A DNA stretch of 38,424 bases, taken from positions 1-38,424 of the forward strand of contig JAIPHN010000003.1 in the NCBI GenBank assembly GCA_021735185.1, in the 5' to 3' direction. Of the stretch, positions 26,971-36,772 are shown in pieces. Source of the DNA: Candidatus Bipolaricaulota bacterium. GTDB taxonomy: Bacteria > Bipolaricaulota > Bipolaricaulia > M55B111. Both the position numbers and the translations under genes were made by a program. Each line of letters opens with the position of its first letter. Within the stretch, counting starts at the first letter, position 1. Below the pieces are notes generated by a model, which had not been told where the DNA came from, searched no databases, and worked only from the letters and a program-made list of their open reading frames with translations.

Positions 26971-28254
26971 ATGAATGAAGAAACGCTTTCAGATCTACAT
27001 CCAGCCGAAGCCGGCCTCGAGTTACTTAATCTCAGCAAAGAAGAAGCAGCGGAAAAGGTCCGTGATTTTGACCTGGACTTTGCTGCCGAGACCCTTGAGG
27101 CGCTTGACCCGTGGCAGTCGTCCGGAATATTTCTTGAGTTACCTCAACAAACCCGTGCAAGGCTGATAGAGCGAATGCATCCGGATGATTCAGTCGATTT
27201 GCTTCAGGAGATACCCGAGGAAGAAGGGGAGAAAGTCCTCGATTTCGTCGATGACCTCACCAGGAGAAGGCTTACAAGCCTGCTTGAATATCCTGAGGAT
27301 ACTGCCGGGGGGACGATGTCTCCCGAGGTCCTCAGTCTCCCCGAAAGGATGTCCGTCCGGTCGGCGACTGAAGAATTACGCCGGGAAGAAAAACAGCTGG
27401 AAGAGATCAACTACGTTTACGTGACGGATGAAGAAGACAGGTTGACAGGGGTGCTTCCACTGCGTGACATTGCATTTCGTGACCCCGATCTCCAGTTAAG
27501 AGAAGTAATGAAAGAAGAGGTAAAATCAGTTCGCCCGGAATTCGACAGGGAGAAGGTCGCGAGGCTCTTTGACAGGTACGATTACCTGGCGCTTCCCGTT
27601 GTTGACGAAGCTGGTTGCCTGCTGGGAATAATTACGGTCGATGACGTTATCGATATTTTACGCCAGGAGAACACGGAAGATATGCTGGAGATGGTAGGGA
27701 TAAGCGAGGCCAGGGAAGAGTCAATATGGACTCCCTGGAATATCTCGATGAAGCATAGATTGCCCTGGCTCGTGATTAACCTCGGTACGGCGTTGCTTGC
27801 CGCGATTGTAGTCAGTCTCTTTAAGAGAACTATTGCCAGATTCGCTATACTTGCTGTTTTCATGCCGGTTATCGCGGGTCAGGGCGGTAATTCGGGGTCG
27901 CAGACTGTCGCGTTACTGGTTCGTGGAATTGCGCTGGGGGAGATCGATTGGGAGCAAGGTGCCAGAGCACTTGCGAAAGAGTCAGTCCTGGGTCTCCTTC
28001 ATGGGGTATCGATTGGGTTTATCGTTGGTCTAATTGCTTATTTCTGGAATGGCTCCCTCGAGATAGCATTGATCGTTGGAGCCTCAATGGTTCTTAGCAT
28101 GGTGGTTGCCGGTATCGCGGGCGTGGCAATTCCACTGGGGTTAAAGAAGGTTGGCCTTGATCCTGCCCTTTCAGCAAATATCTGGATGACGACAGTTACC
28201 GATGTTGCCGGGTTTTTCTTCCTTCTTGGGCTTGCCGCCTGGTTCTTGGTCTGA
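26971..28254 (+). CDS. mgtE: Magnesium transporter MgtE
   Basis: MgtE_N repeats (DD.VDLL), YPEDTAGG.M, CBS pair, GIITVDDVID, RLPWL, GGNSGSQT, GLDPA...TT.TD. Confidence 0.96.
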   Translation: MNEETLSDLHPAEAGLELLNLSKEEAAEKVRDFDLDFAAETLEALDPWQSSGIFLELPQQTRARLIERMHPDDSVDLLQEIPEEEGEKVLDFVDDLTRRRLTSLLEYPEDTAGGTMSPEVLSLPERMSVRSATEELRREEKQLEEINYVYVTDEEDRLTGVLPLRDIAFRDPDLQLREVMKEEVKSVRPEFDREKVARLFDRYDYLALPVVDEAGCLLGIITVDDVIDILRQENTEDMLEMVGISEAREESIWTPWNISMKHRLPWLVINLGTALLAAIVVSLFKRTIARFAILAVFMPVIAGQGGNSGSQTVALLVRGIALGEIDWEQGARALAKESVLGLLHGVSIGFIVGLIAYFWNGSLEIALIVGASMVLSMVVAGIAGVAIPLGLKKVGLDPALSANIWMTTVTDVAGFFFLLGLAAWFLV

Positions 28255-28517
28255 ATAGCTTGACCCCCAAAGTTGACTCTATCCTCCCGGTTGCTCTGCT
28301 TGAATAACAGCAGGGTGTGGTTAAGTCAGTTTCCCCTTATAATTAGGTTGAAGATTTTAAAAATAGTGGTCAATGTGATATACTTATCATATAATAGCTG
28401 ATTTTACATTCAAATTATTTTGGTCTTATACATTTTGTTTAGGGAAAGGCCTCTAAGAGATATCAGAATTTCTGGTTTTTCTGAGATTAACCTCGTTATT
28501 TTTGGGGAGGCGATAAT

Positions 28518-28688
28518 ATTAAGACCTCTCAAAAGACCCAAAAGGTCGAGTATATCCGGAATAGAATGGATAAACCGGATTGGAAATTAGCAGAGGAGTT
28601 GGATGAAACTCTTTACTACGTCTGGCTGGTAAAAGAAGTAAAGAGGAATCCCAAATTACAGAGAAAGCGGGGCCATATAAAGCGTTGA
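28518..28688 (+). CDS. Putative 56-aa basic HTH-like protein with an ATT start (fallback ATG at 28566)
   Basis: GGGGAGG 7 nt before ATT; in-frame upstream TAA at 28488; translation (M)KTSQKTQKVEYIRNRMDKPDWKLAEELDETLYYVWLVKEVKRNPKLQRKRGHIKR; TATAAT at 28390-28395. Confidence 0.5.
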   Translation: MKTSQKTQKVEYIRNRMDKPDWKLAEELDETLYYVWLVKEVKRNPKLQRKRGHIKR

Positions 28689-29068
28689 AGTGTTGTTACC
28701 TGGTTGAATGAAATAATTCAGGTAAGAAGGCTAGCAAATCGGGGGACATCTACGGCTCCGATAACAGAGTTCACGGTTATCAATGTTTTGTTTGCCTTGT
28801 AAATCGTGCTCTAGTGATAAGTGAAAAATATTGGCATAAAGTCAGGTGAAGAAGATCTTCCAGTTGGATATTTTTGGGTCTTTTTAATCTGAACTCTTGC
28901 CGCTGACAGATTAATGGTCGTCCAGCTAAAGCGAAAAATGGATTATAATAGCTAATTCTTATTTATAATTTCTCTCGTTACGGGGTCCAGATAAATAAAT
29001 TCATCTCTATCGTTCAATGGTTATTTAAGGGCTGCACCGAAAGAACTTTTAAGAAAATATAAAATTAA

Positions 29069-29105
29069 ATTGCACCCTGACCGTGTTAACCGGGCAGGGT
29101 GCAAT
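29069..29105 (-). terminator. Intrinsic terminator-like hairpin downstream of the nitroreductase gene
   Basis: ATTGCACCCTG/CAGGGTGCAAT 11-bp stem plus inner CCG/CGG, followed by a T-rich run on the minus strand. Confidence 0.7.
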
Positions 29106-29255
29106 ATTTCTTGTCGCTGTTTGTATCCTCGGTCTCGTTCCACTGGCGACCGGTGATTTTTGTCGTCAAGGAACTCAATTAATCACCTGGCGAATTTTTT
29201 GTTACGGACTCCGCACTTTCCGGGGTTATTGGATTAAAGTTCGGTTTTAGTTGCT

Positions 29256-29843
29256 TTATTCTTTGAAGTCGAAGGAATTTTTCGAAAAAACTTCCTTTAG
29301 AGGCATCCTATCTCTGTCGCTTTCCTCGTTACTTTTGTGTTTTTCGTTCAAGTTTTCCTTATTCCCCGGTTTGCCAATAATTATTAAAGCTATGAGTTCA
29401 AAATCTTCCGGGACCCCCAGGGTTTTTCTGGTAACATCCGGGTCGAAACCGGCAATGGGATGAGAGACAAGGCCCAGTTCGGTTGCATGGAGTAAAAGAT
29501 TTTCTACGGCGAGCCCGGAATCGAATTTATAGTATATCCGTTCCTTCGAGAGTTCACAGTCCAGTTCGGACTTTGAAGTGATAGCAACAATAAGTGGAGC
29601 AGTTCTGGCCAAGTAGTTTGCGTCCGGTAACGATTCTTTTATTCGATCCAGCTTCTCCGAATCGTCGACGAAAACAAACCTCCAGGGTTGATTATTGAAG
29701 CAAGAAGGGGCGAGATGAGCTGCCCTACCCAGGCTTTCTACAGTCTCATCTTCCAGGCTTTCCGGCGAAATAGCCCTCTTCGACCTTCGCCTTTCGATCA
29801 AATTGTTTACATTTCCCCTTTCGTCCGGTTGGTGAACGTCCAT
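29256..29843 (-). CDS. Nitroreductase-family FMN oxidoreductase
   Basis: RRSKR, AAHLAPSCFNNQPWRF, DSGLA.ENL.L.ATELGL. Confidence 0.92.
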   Translation of the reverse strand: MDVHQPDERGNVNNLIERRRSKRAISPESLEDETVESLGRAAHLAPSCFNNQPWRFVFVDDSEKLDRIKESLPDANYLARTAPLIVAITSKSELDCELSKERIYYKFDSGLAVENLLLHATELGLVSHPIAGFDPDVTRKTLGVPEDFELIALIIIGKPGNKENLNEKHKSNEESDRDRMPLKEVFSKNSFDFKE

Positions 29844-30204
29844 ATAACCTCCCTTTTCATAAGTTAGTAAGGTTTATCCGGTCTACAATAGTGGTTTCGA
29901 TCTTTCAACTCACTATATCATACATGGCTCTTGGTTTCAGGCGTCGTTGAACTATTATCAGAGCTGAACGAGAAACCCCTCCACTTTATTGGTTTTCCTC
30001 GTGATTGAGTCTAAGCGTTTGGGACATTTTGTTACCTGCTAAAATCCCCTCCATTTGGGTTTGTATTTAACTGCCGGGAGAGATATAAACTAATGTGGGT
30101 AGAAGTCGAAGATTTATACTTCTTAAGATTTCTCCGGTACGTTCTTCAATGTATAAGAGGCTCTACCGGCTGGCCCGTGATCAATCACTGTATAGGAGGT
30201 AAAT

Positions 30205-30594
30205 ATGTACGGAAAGAAATTGATTGCCGGCGCTGGAATGGTACTGGTACTTATGATGTTAGTCGGAAGCCCCCATGTCGGCGTTCTCGCTGGCCAGAAT
30301 GGGGTACAGGAGCAGGTTGCTGACAGCGTCATCGACCGTCTCCTGACTTTTATTCATAGCGCTGCTGAAATAATCGGCAGTGGTATCGTCACGCTTGTGG
30401 AAATGATAGCGGGTGTTAACGTTTCGGAACTGCAGCAACCACTTGGGTATCTGGGAATTTTAACTGCTTCTTTGATCGTTTTCGGTGCGCTGAAGGCCGC
30501 ACAGAAAATTGTATGGTTTATCGTACTTCTGGGCTGGGGCTTGATCATCGTTCGCATAGTGCTCGAGGCCCTCGATAAAGCACCGGTGAAGTAA
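30205..30594 (+). CDS. Hypothetical membrane protein
   Basis: AGGAGGT SD; signal-like N-terminus and about three hydrophobic segments. Confidence 0.75.
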   Translation: MYGKKLIAGAGMVLVLMMLVGSPHVGVLAGQNGVQEQVADSVIDRLLTFIHSAAEIIGSGIVTLVEMIAGVNVSELQQPLGYLGILTASLIVFGALKAAQKIVWFIVLLGWGLIIVRIVLEALDKAPVK

Positions 30595-30675
30595 CCCGTT
30601 TAACGTTCCTGATTTCCAATCCAGTATATGACAAAGCGGAAGGGGCTTTATTTCCTTTGCAAGGAGGTTATTGAA

Positions 30676-31080
30676 TTGCTACAGCAAATCTATCTTTACC
30701 TGATCTGTCTCGGGACTTTTCTTGTGGTCGACTTATTTTGGCTGGGGATAGTCGCGAGGAATTTTTACCGGGATCAGCTGGGTTCTTTAATAGCAGATTC
30801 GACTAACTGGGCGGCAGCGATAGTATTTTATCTTTTATTCGTTGCAGGTGTACTTATATTTGTCGTAAACCCGGCTGTTGAAAAAGGTGCCCTTGGCCGG
30901 AGCATCGGATTTGGATTTCTTTTTGGCCTGATAACTTACGCTACTTACGACCTGACTAACCTCGCCACGCTTGCCGGCTGGCCGCTCAAGCTGACAATAG
31001 TGGATCTTGCCTGGGGCGGAGTCCTGTCCGCCATTGTATCTCTGGTAGGTTACCTGGCAGCCAGCAATATTTTTGCTTGA
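30676..31080 (+). CDS. DUF2177-like membrane protein
   Basis: D..WLG.VA.NFY...LG.L, YATYDLTNLATL.GWP...IVDLAWG; TTG start after AAGGAGG. Confidence 0.85.
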   Translation: MLQQIYLYLICLGTFLVVDLFWLGIVARNFYRDQLGSLIADSTNWAAAIVFYLLFVAGVLIFVVNPAVEKGALGRSIGFGFLFGLITYATYDLTNLATLAGWPLKLTIVDLAWGGVLSAIVSLVGYLAASNIFA

Positions 31081-31141
31081 CCGGATACCCCTGATTCCCT
31101 TTTGGGACAATCAGGGGGATATCAATTAATCTTATTCAGGG

Positions 31142-32311
31142 TTAACGGGCCAGTTGATAAATTTCCAGGACGTCTTCTTCATCTAGCTCTACAAAGTTCC
31201 CCACCGGTCCCTTATCGGTACATTTGCGCGCCATTTCTTCCAGGTCCGCCTCGTCAATTTCCACATCCAGATCGCCCAGACTAGTTGGTAGGCCGGTACT
31301 CCGGAAGAATTTCCGCAGGTCTTCTATACCTTTCTGTGCTGTTCTTTCCAGAGAATTGAAGTCAACTTCTTCGTTCCATACACTGGCCGCAAACCGGGCA
31401 AACTTCTCGATGTTTTCATTATGGACGTATTCCATCCAGGCGGGAAAGATAATTGCAAGACCGGCTCCATGAGTGATATCGTACATTCCGCTAAGTTCAT
31501 GTTCGATCGGGTGAGAGGCCCAGTCCCCCACGCGGCCTGTCCCGAGGAGGTCGTTGTGAGCAACCGTGCTGGCCCACATGATTTGTGCTCTAACGCCGTA
31601 GTTTTTCGGTTCTTCGAGTGCAATCGGTGTGTTCTCTATAACAGTCCTGAGAGTAGCCTCGCATAATCTATCCGTGAAATCTACGTTCGGTTCGTGAGTG
31701 AAATACCGTTCCATAACGTGAGCCATTATATCTGCGGCACCGGATGCAGTCTGGTAATCCGGAAGGGTATAAGTAAATTCCGGGTTCATGATTGCAAATT
31801 CGGGTCGTAACTTGTTACTCCCGGCATCCCGTTTTAAACCGCCTTCTTCCTTCGTGATCACTGAACCGGGACTCGATTCGCTCCCGGCTGCAGGTATAGT
31901 TAAAACTGTACCAATTGGCAGAGATTCCTCGATGGTTTTGTCTTCGGCGTAAAAATCCCAGACGTCTCCTTCGTAAGGTACTCCGATTGAAATTGCTTTG
32001 GCCGTATCAATTACGCTTCCGCCACCGACCGCCAGAATGAAGTCAATACTTTCTTCCTGACAGATCTCCACCCCTTCCTGTACGAGTTTCAAGCGTGGAT
32101 TTGGCTTAACTCCGCCGAGTTCGACGGCTTCTACTCCCGCTCCTTCGAGGGATTCCATAACTTTATCGTATATTCCGTACTCCTTTATGCTTCCTCCGCC
32201 GTAAACAAACAGGACTTTATCAGCATATTTACTTACTTCTTCACCTGTTTGCTCCTCGCTTTCCCTGCCAAAGACGATCTTTGTTCTGTTTTGAAAAGTA
32301 AAATCTTGCAT
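31142..32311 (-). CDS. Iron-containing alcohol dehydrogenase (BdhA/YugJ/YqhD-like)
   Basis: F.FQN.TKIVFG, YGGGS, GGV.PNP, AVGGGSVID, DIMAHVMERYF, WASH.IEHELS...D.THGAGLA; start at MQDFTF after GGAGGT. Confidence 0.93.
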   Translation of the reverse strand: MQDFTFQNRTKIVFGRESEEQTGEEVSKYADKVLFVYGGGSIKEYGIYDKVMESLEGAGVEAVELGGVKPNPRLKLVQEGVEICQEESIDFILAVGGGSVIDTAKAISIGVPYEGDVWDFYAEDKTIEESLPIGTVLTIPAAGSESSPGSVITKEEGGLKRDAGSNKLRPEFAIMNPEFTYTLPDYQTASGAADIMAHVMERYFTHEPNVDFTDRLCEATLRTVIENTPIALEEPKNYGVRAQIMWASTVAHNDLLGTGRVGDWASHPIEHELSGMYDITHGAGLAIIFPAWMEYVHNENIEKFARFAASVWNEEVDFNSLERTAQKGIEDLRKFFRSTGLPTSLGDLDVEIDEADLEEMARKCTDKGPVGNFVELDEEDVLEIYQLAR

Positions 32312-32626
32312 TGGGGATACCTCCATCTAAAAACGAAAGATTTCTGAACTCTCCGAACTTGCTGTCAGCGTTTCCAACTGAAAAAATGTTAACCGTTCGG
32401 TGGGTATAATCAACTGTAACTGTTATCTGATTGATCCTTTCCGTGAAATTAGAAGGTAAAATTCCTCCAGGTTGGTGGTTGCTCCACCCGGGTAGGAGTG
32501 AATGTGAGAGAAGTACGCCTGGGCCACTCGGGACTATCTGGTTCTCCAGGCTCAATCGAAGCGAGAGCTTTAATAATACCCGGGGAGATACTATAGTAAA
32601 GTATCATCATTAGAAGGTGGGATAAT

Positions 32627-33400
32627 ATGTTAGAAGGGAAGAAAATACTAATAACTGGAGTTAGAAATAAAAGGTCGGCTGCCTTCTGGATCGCTGAAAA
32701 GGCAATTGAACATGGAGCTGAAGTGGTTCTTACGTCGCCGGACGTCGAAAGGACGAGGAGAGCCGCCGAAAGACTTCCCGAAACTCCGCCGGTATGGGAG
32801 CTCGATGTCACGAAATCCGAGACAATTGCAGCTACAAAAAGTTCGGTTCGAGAAAAGTGGGGCGAACTTGACGGATTGGTTCATTCGATAGCTTACGCGG
32901 ATCGGGAATGTATCGACCCCGATTTCTTTAAAGCCGACAGGGAACAAATTTTCCAGGGGTTTGAGGTATCCAGTTTCTCTCTTTTTACCCTTGCCGAAGA
33001 GTTTTATCCGCTTATGAACGGGAATGCAAGTATAGTCTCGCTTAGTTTTGATACGGAGAAAATCTGGGCCCCTTACGGCTGGATGAATTTCTTCAAGGTC
33101 GCTCTTGAATACTTTACGAGAATGATTGCTATGAGGCTGGGAGATGAGAATATCAGGGCCAATGCGATCTCTGCCGGTACGATGAAGACTTTATCGGCGC
33201 GCGGCATACCCGGATTTTCGACCATGGCAGGAGAGTACGAGGATATGGCTCCACTGGACTGGGATAGCAGCGGCTCACAGGAGTACGTAGCTGATACATG
33301 TGCCTGGCTTCTCTCGGATCAGTCAGAGATGGTTACGGGTGAAGTCGTCCATGTTGACGGCGGAGCGAATGTCAAATCCTCTTTTGGTTATGAGGGTTAA
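32627..33400 (+). CDS. fabI: Enoyl-ACP reductase (FabI/InhA-type SDR)
   Basis: GKKILITGV.NKRS.A..IA, LDVT, DGLVHSIAYA, Y.WM...K.ALE catalytic motif, NAISAG, TGEVVHVDGG. Confidence 0.88.
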   Translation: MLEGKKILITGVRNKRSAAFWIAEKAIEHGAEVVLTSPDVERTRRAAERLPETPPVWELDVTKSETIAATKSSVREKWGELDGLVHSIAYADRECIDPDFFKADREQIFQGFEVSSFSLFTLAEEFYPLMNGNASIVSLSFDTEKIWAPYGWMNFFKVALEYFTRMIAMRLGDENIRANAISAGTMKTLSARGIPGFSTMAGEYEDMAPLDWDSSGSQEYVADTCAWLLSDQSEMVTGEVVHVDGGANVKSSFGYEG

Positions 33401-33527
33401 TAAACCGAGCTGATTCGGCTGGAAGAAGTCTGTGGACTCCAGTTTCCTGGGTAGTTCATTCTGGAAGAAGGCCTAGAACTTTATGACGAAAGTAGGGCCT
33501 ATCCTCGGTTAACCGGAGGAGATCAAA

Positions 33528-34448
33528 ATGAGAGTTATTATTACTGGCGGTACTGGATTGATCGGGAGGGAGTTAGTTCGTAACTTGCAGCCTCATGGTC
33601 ACAGCGCCGTTGTGCTCTCACGCCACCCGGAAGGAAGAGAAGTCCCCGGTAACGTTGATATGGTCAAATGGGACGCCGAGTCGCCGGAGGGCTGGGTCGA
33701 CGAGGTCGAGAAGTCCGATGCAATAGTAAATCTGGCCGGTGAAAACATCGCCGGTTCCGGTTTGCTGCCGGATAGGTGGACAGAGCGGAAGAAACGAAGG
33801 ATTCTGGATAGCCGATTAAAGGCAGGAAAAGCCGTAACTGAAGCCGTCAAAGCCGCGGATAACAGGCCGGAAGTCGTGGTTCAGGCTTCCGCGGTTGGTT
33901 ATTACGGTACGAGCGAGGATAAAGTTTTTACAGAAGGATCTCCTCCCGGGGAAGATTTTTTGGCGGAAGTGGCGGTCGAGTGGGAGGATGTTACCGCCCC
34001 GATAGAGGAACTGGGAATACGTCGAATAGTTATCAGAACGGGTATTGTCCTTAGCTCGAAAGGGGGCGTTTTGCCCAGACTCACTCTACCGCACAGGTTG
34101 TTCCTCGGCGGGCCTCTCGGGAGCGGAAGACAGTGGTATTCCTGGATTCACATCGAAGACGAGGTTAGAGCGATTCGATTCCTGCTGGAGTCCGAAAAAG
34201 CCAGCGGGGCGGTTAATTTAACTGCGCCCAACCCCCGACGAAATGCGGAATTCGTCGAGGAATTGGGGAACTCCCTGGACCGCCCATCGAGCTTTAGAGT
34301 CCCGACGTTCCTGATTCGTGCTATTTTTGGCGAAGCGTCAACTCTTGTGGTTGACGGACAGAGAGTTAAGCCGGCTCGGCTGGAGGAATTGGGGTTTGAA
34401 TTCAACTTCGCCAAGCTGGATGGGGCTTTGTCGGATTTGATATCCTAG
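33528..34448 (+). CDS. TIGR01777-like NAD-dependent epimerase family protein (YfcH-like)
   Basis: ITGGTGLIG, VNLAGENIA...RWT...K, ASAVGYYG, GSGRQWYSWIHIED. Confidence 0.92.
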   Translation: MRVIITGGTGLIGRELVRNLQPHGHSAVVLSRHPEGREVPGNVDMVKWDAESPEGWVDEVEKSDAIVNLAGENIAGSGLLPDRWTERKKRRILDSRLKAGKAVTEAVKAADNRPEVVVQASAVGYYGTSEDKVFTEGSPPGEDFLAEVAVEWEDVTAPIEELGIRRIVIRTGIVLSSKGGVLPRLTLPHRLFLGGPLGSGRQWYSWIHIEDEVRAIRFLLESEKASGAVNLTAPNPRRNAEFVEELGNSLDRPSSFRVPTFLIRAIFGEASTLVVDGQRVKPARLEELGFEFNFAKLDGALSDLIS

Positions 34449-34654
34449 ATAAATATTGTTTGTTTACTAAAAATTACCGAGAACTCGATTGGTCTTGCCT
34501 GGGCGATGAATCGTCCTGTTTTTGCAAACCCTGTCATATGGAACGAGTTATTGACAGTGTGATGGTTTTAGTTCGGCGATTGAACCTTATCGAATAAACC
34601 ATTTCGTTGTTCGAAAAAACAGGCCAGTTGACGGGCTTATCCAGGGAGGATGAT

Positions 34655-35188
34655 ATGGGAAAGCCAACCGAGCCGAAACCGAAAAAGCTTTTTATCAGCC
34701 TATTGACCGGTGTTCCGGATATACTTGATGAGGTTGAGAGTAAGTTGGGGGAGGATTTTGGGAAGATGGACGGTGAAAGTTCGTTAATTCCGTTCGATTA
34801 TACGGATTATTACGAAGAAGAAATGGGCCAGGAAATCAAGAGAAAGTTCGTCTCGTTTGAGGATCTGGTTCATCCAGGAGATTTGTCGCAAATAAAGCTA
34901 AGAACGAACGAAATCGAGTCTCATTTTGCGGGAAAATTCGATCCAGAGATCCCGAGGCCGATAAATCTCGATCCCGGTTACCTCGGGTCGGCAAAGATCG
35001 TTCTGGCTACCACCAAGAACTATTCTCACCGGATATTCCTGAAGGAAGGAATATACGCAGAGGTTACTCTGCGATATAAGGATGGGCTATTTGAGCCTCT
35101 ACCCTGGACTTATCCTGATTACAGATCGGATGAGTATATTGAATTTTTTGAGATGACCAGGGATATCTACCTGAATCAGCTTGATTGA
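34655..35188 (+). CDS. DUF4416-like protein
   Basis: F.YTDYY.EEMG, IK..TN.IE, R.INLDPGYL...K.VLATTKNYSHRI.L..GIYAE, WTYPDY; start MGKP after GGGAGG. Confidence 0.85.
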   Translation: MGKPTEPKPKKLFISLLTGVPDILDEVESKLGEDFGKMDGESSLIPFDYTDYYEEEMGQEIKRKFVSFEDLVHPGDLSQIKLRTNEIESHFAGKFDPEIPRPINLDPGYLGSAKIVLATTKNYSHRIFLKEGIYAEVTLRYKDGLFEPLPWTYPDYRSDEYIEFFEMTRDIYLNQLD

Positions 35189-35330
35189 TGGCTATGGTTC
35201 GGCTCCTTCGAAAAAATCGAGAGATACTTAGGTAGTGCAGAGGTTGAATTTGATATTCTGAATGGAAGTTTGAAAAACTCCGCGCTTAAACTATACTTTG
35301 TTGATAATACAAAACTTTGGAGGGTTTGTA

Positions 35331-35552
35331 ATGTCAGCAACCGTTAAAATTGATCAGGATGTATGCATAGCATGTGGAATTTGTTACGATACTTGCCCCG
35401 ACGTTTACGAATCGGACGAGGACGGAAATTCTCGTGTTGTAGAAGATCTCAGGACGGATGACGAACGGACCGGGGAAGTTCCCGACGATCTGGAAGATTG
35501 TGCCGAAGAAGGTATGGAGCAGTGTCCTGTTGACGCAATCGAGTTAAGTTAG
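35331..35552 (+). CDS. Single-cluster [4Fe-4S] ferredoxin, very acidic
   Basis: CIACGICYDTCP...CPVDAI; start at MSATV after GGAGGG. Confidence 0.92.
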   Translation: MSATVKIDQDVCIACGICYDTCPDVYESDEDGNSRVVEDLRTDDERTGEVPDDLEDCAEEGMEQCPVDAIELS

Positions 35553-35636
35553 CCAAACTTTTACAGGTGCTATAGTCGTTTAATCGACGATTGACGAATT
35601 GAGATAGTTAGAGGCTCAATTAATATTTTCGAACAT

Positions 35637-35686
35637 TTAGGTCATTCCCCCTTGCTTTCCCGCAGAAGGCAAGGGGAATGATCTAA
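35637..35686 (+). terminator. Long hairpin downstream of the ferredoxin gene
   Basis: TTAGGTCATTCCCC/GGGGAATGATCTAA plus TTGCTTTC/GAAGGCAA, about 22 bp with one bulge; no strong T-tract. Confidence 0.6.
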
Positions 35687-35830
35687 TAATTTAACAGTTG
35701 GTATTTGATAATCGGGTAGGTTGCTCTTGTATGAGTTGTGCTATTTGTCCCGAAGACAGTTCGAACTAAAGACGTTTACGGTAAAGTTTGTCCTGACTTC
35801 TCGTAAATTCTAATTAATCATGGTGGTAGA

Positions 35831-36691
35831 ATGTCCGAGACGGAATATAATTTCGAACCATTTGCTAACACAGAGGACTATCGAAAGATCAATAGAAAGA
35901 TAATTGTGACCTGGATTGCTGCGATGGTCGACTCCGGAGTGGAAAGGGTTACAAGGTTGCTCGATATAGCGACCGGTATTGGGACGATGGTTCAATTATT
36001 TGTGGAAGAAATGCCGGATGGCTGGGAAGAGCCGGAAGTAATTTGTCTGGATAAGTCCGAAGGGGCACTCGAAGTGGCCAGGAGTAAACTGGAGAACATA
36101 GTTGGCTCTTTGAGCTCTATTCATTCCCCGATACAGGTCATGGAGGTCCCCGGGGAAAAGGTCAACGTAGTCCTCTGGGGTAACGGCATCCATAATTTGT
36201 CCGAGAAGGACCAGGTTAAGGCGGTTAACCGTATAAGGGATAGCTTAAAAGAAGGTGGATGGTTCTTTTTCAACTCGGCTTTCTATGAAGGTGCCAGACC
36301 GGAGGGAACCAAATCTTTTTACCGCTACAAGGTAAAAAAGGCGGTAAAATATCTTAGAGAAAAAGGTGTCGAGCGAAAGAGAGGAGAAGATCGCGCGGAG
36401 GCCAGCAAATTTCTTCCCCGATCGCATTACAGGGAGATAGTAAAGAAAGCCGGCTTAAAAGTTCACGAAATGGACGAACTGACTGCTCCGCTTTATCAGG
36501 AAGCCTGGGAGTATATTAGCGGGTTCAAGAACTACGCTCTTGGTGCGCTTCACGGTTATCCGGCTGAAGAAGCTCAGGAGGCCCTGCGACAGGCCGTAGC
36601 CCCTGCACTGGAAAAGTACGGGGTGGAAGACGAAAACGGGGAACTGTACGTCCCCAGAAAATGGCTCAGGGTATCGACCCGGCTGGATTGA
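35831..36691 (+). CDS. Class I SAM-dependent methyltransferase, substrate unknown
   Basis: LLDIATGIG motif I, ICLDKSEGAL..AR, LKEGG.FFFN. Confidence 0.85.
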   Translation: MSETEYNFEPFANTEDYRKINRKIIVTWIAAMVDSGVERVTRLLDIATGIGTMVQLFVEEMPDGWEEPEVICLDKSEGALEVARSKLENIVGSLSSIHSPIQVMEVPGEKVNVVLWGNGIHNLSEKDQVKAVNRIRDSLKEGGWFFFNSAFYEGARPEGTKSFYRYKVKKAVKYLREKGVERKRGEDRAEASKFLPRSHYREIVKKAGLKVHEMDELTAPLYQEAWEYISGFKNYALGALHGYPAEEAQEALRQAVAPALEKYGVEDENGELYVPRKWLRVSTRLD

Positions 36692-36772
36692 TTTACGTCC
36701 ACTAAACCGAGTCGTTCCGGACAAAAATACTGCCGGTTCCGTTTTCTTAAGACGAGGCTTAACCTTTAAGGG

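Noticed and set aside
26607-29158. 12-bp direct repeat CGACCGGTGATT (26607 and 29147) flanking mgtE
   Set aside because: Dozens of 12-mer repeats are expected by chance in 38 kb, and there is no mobility gene.
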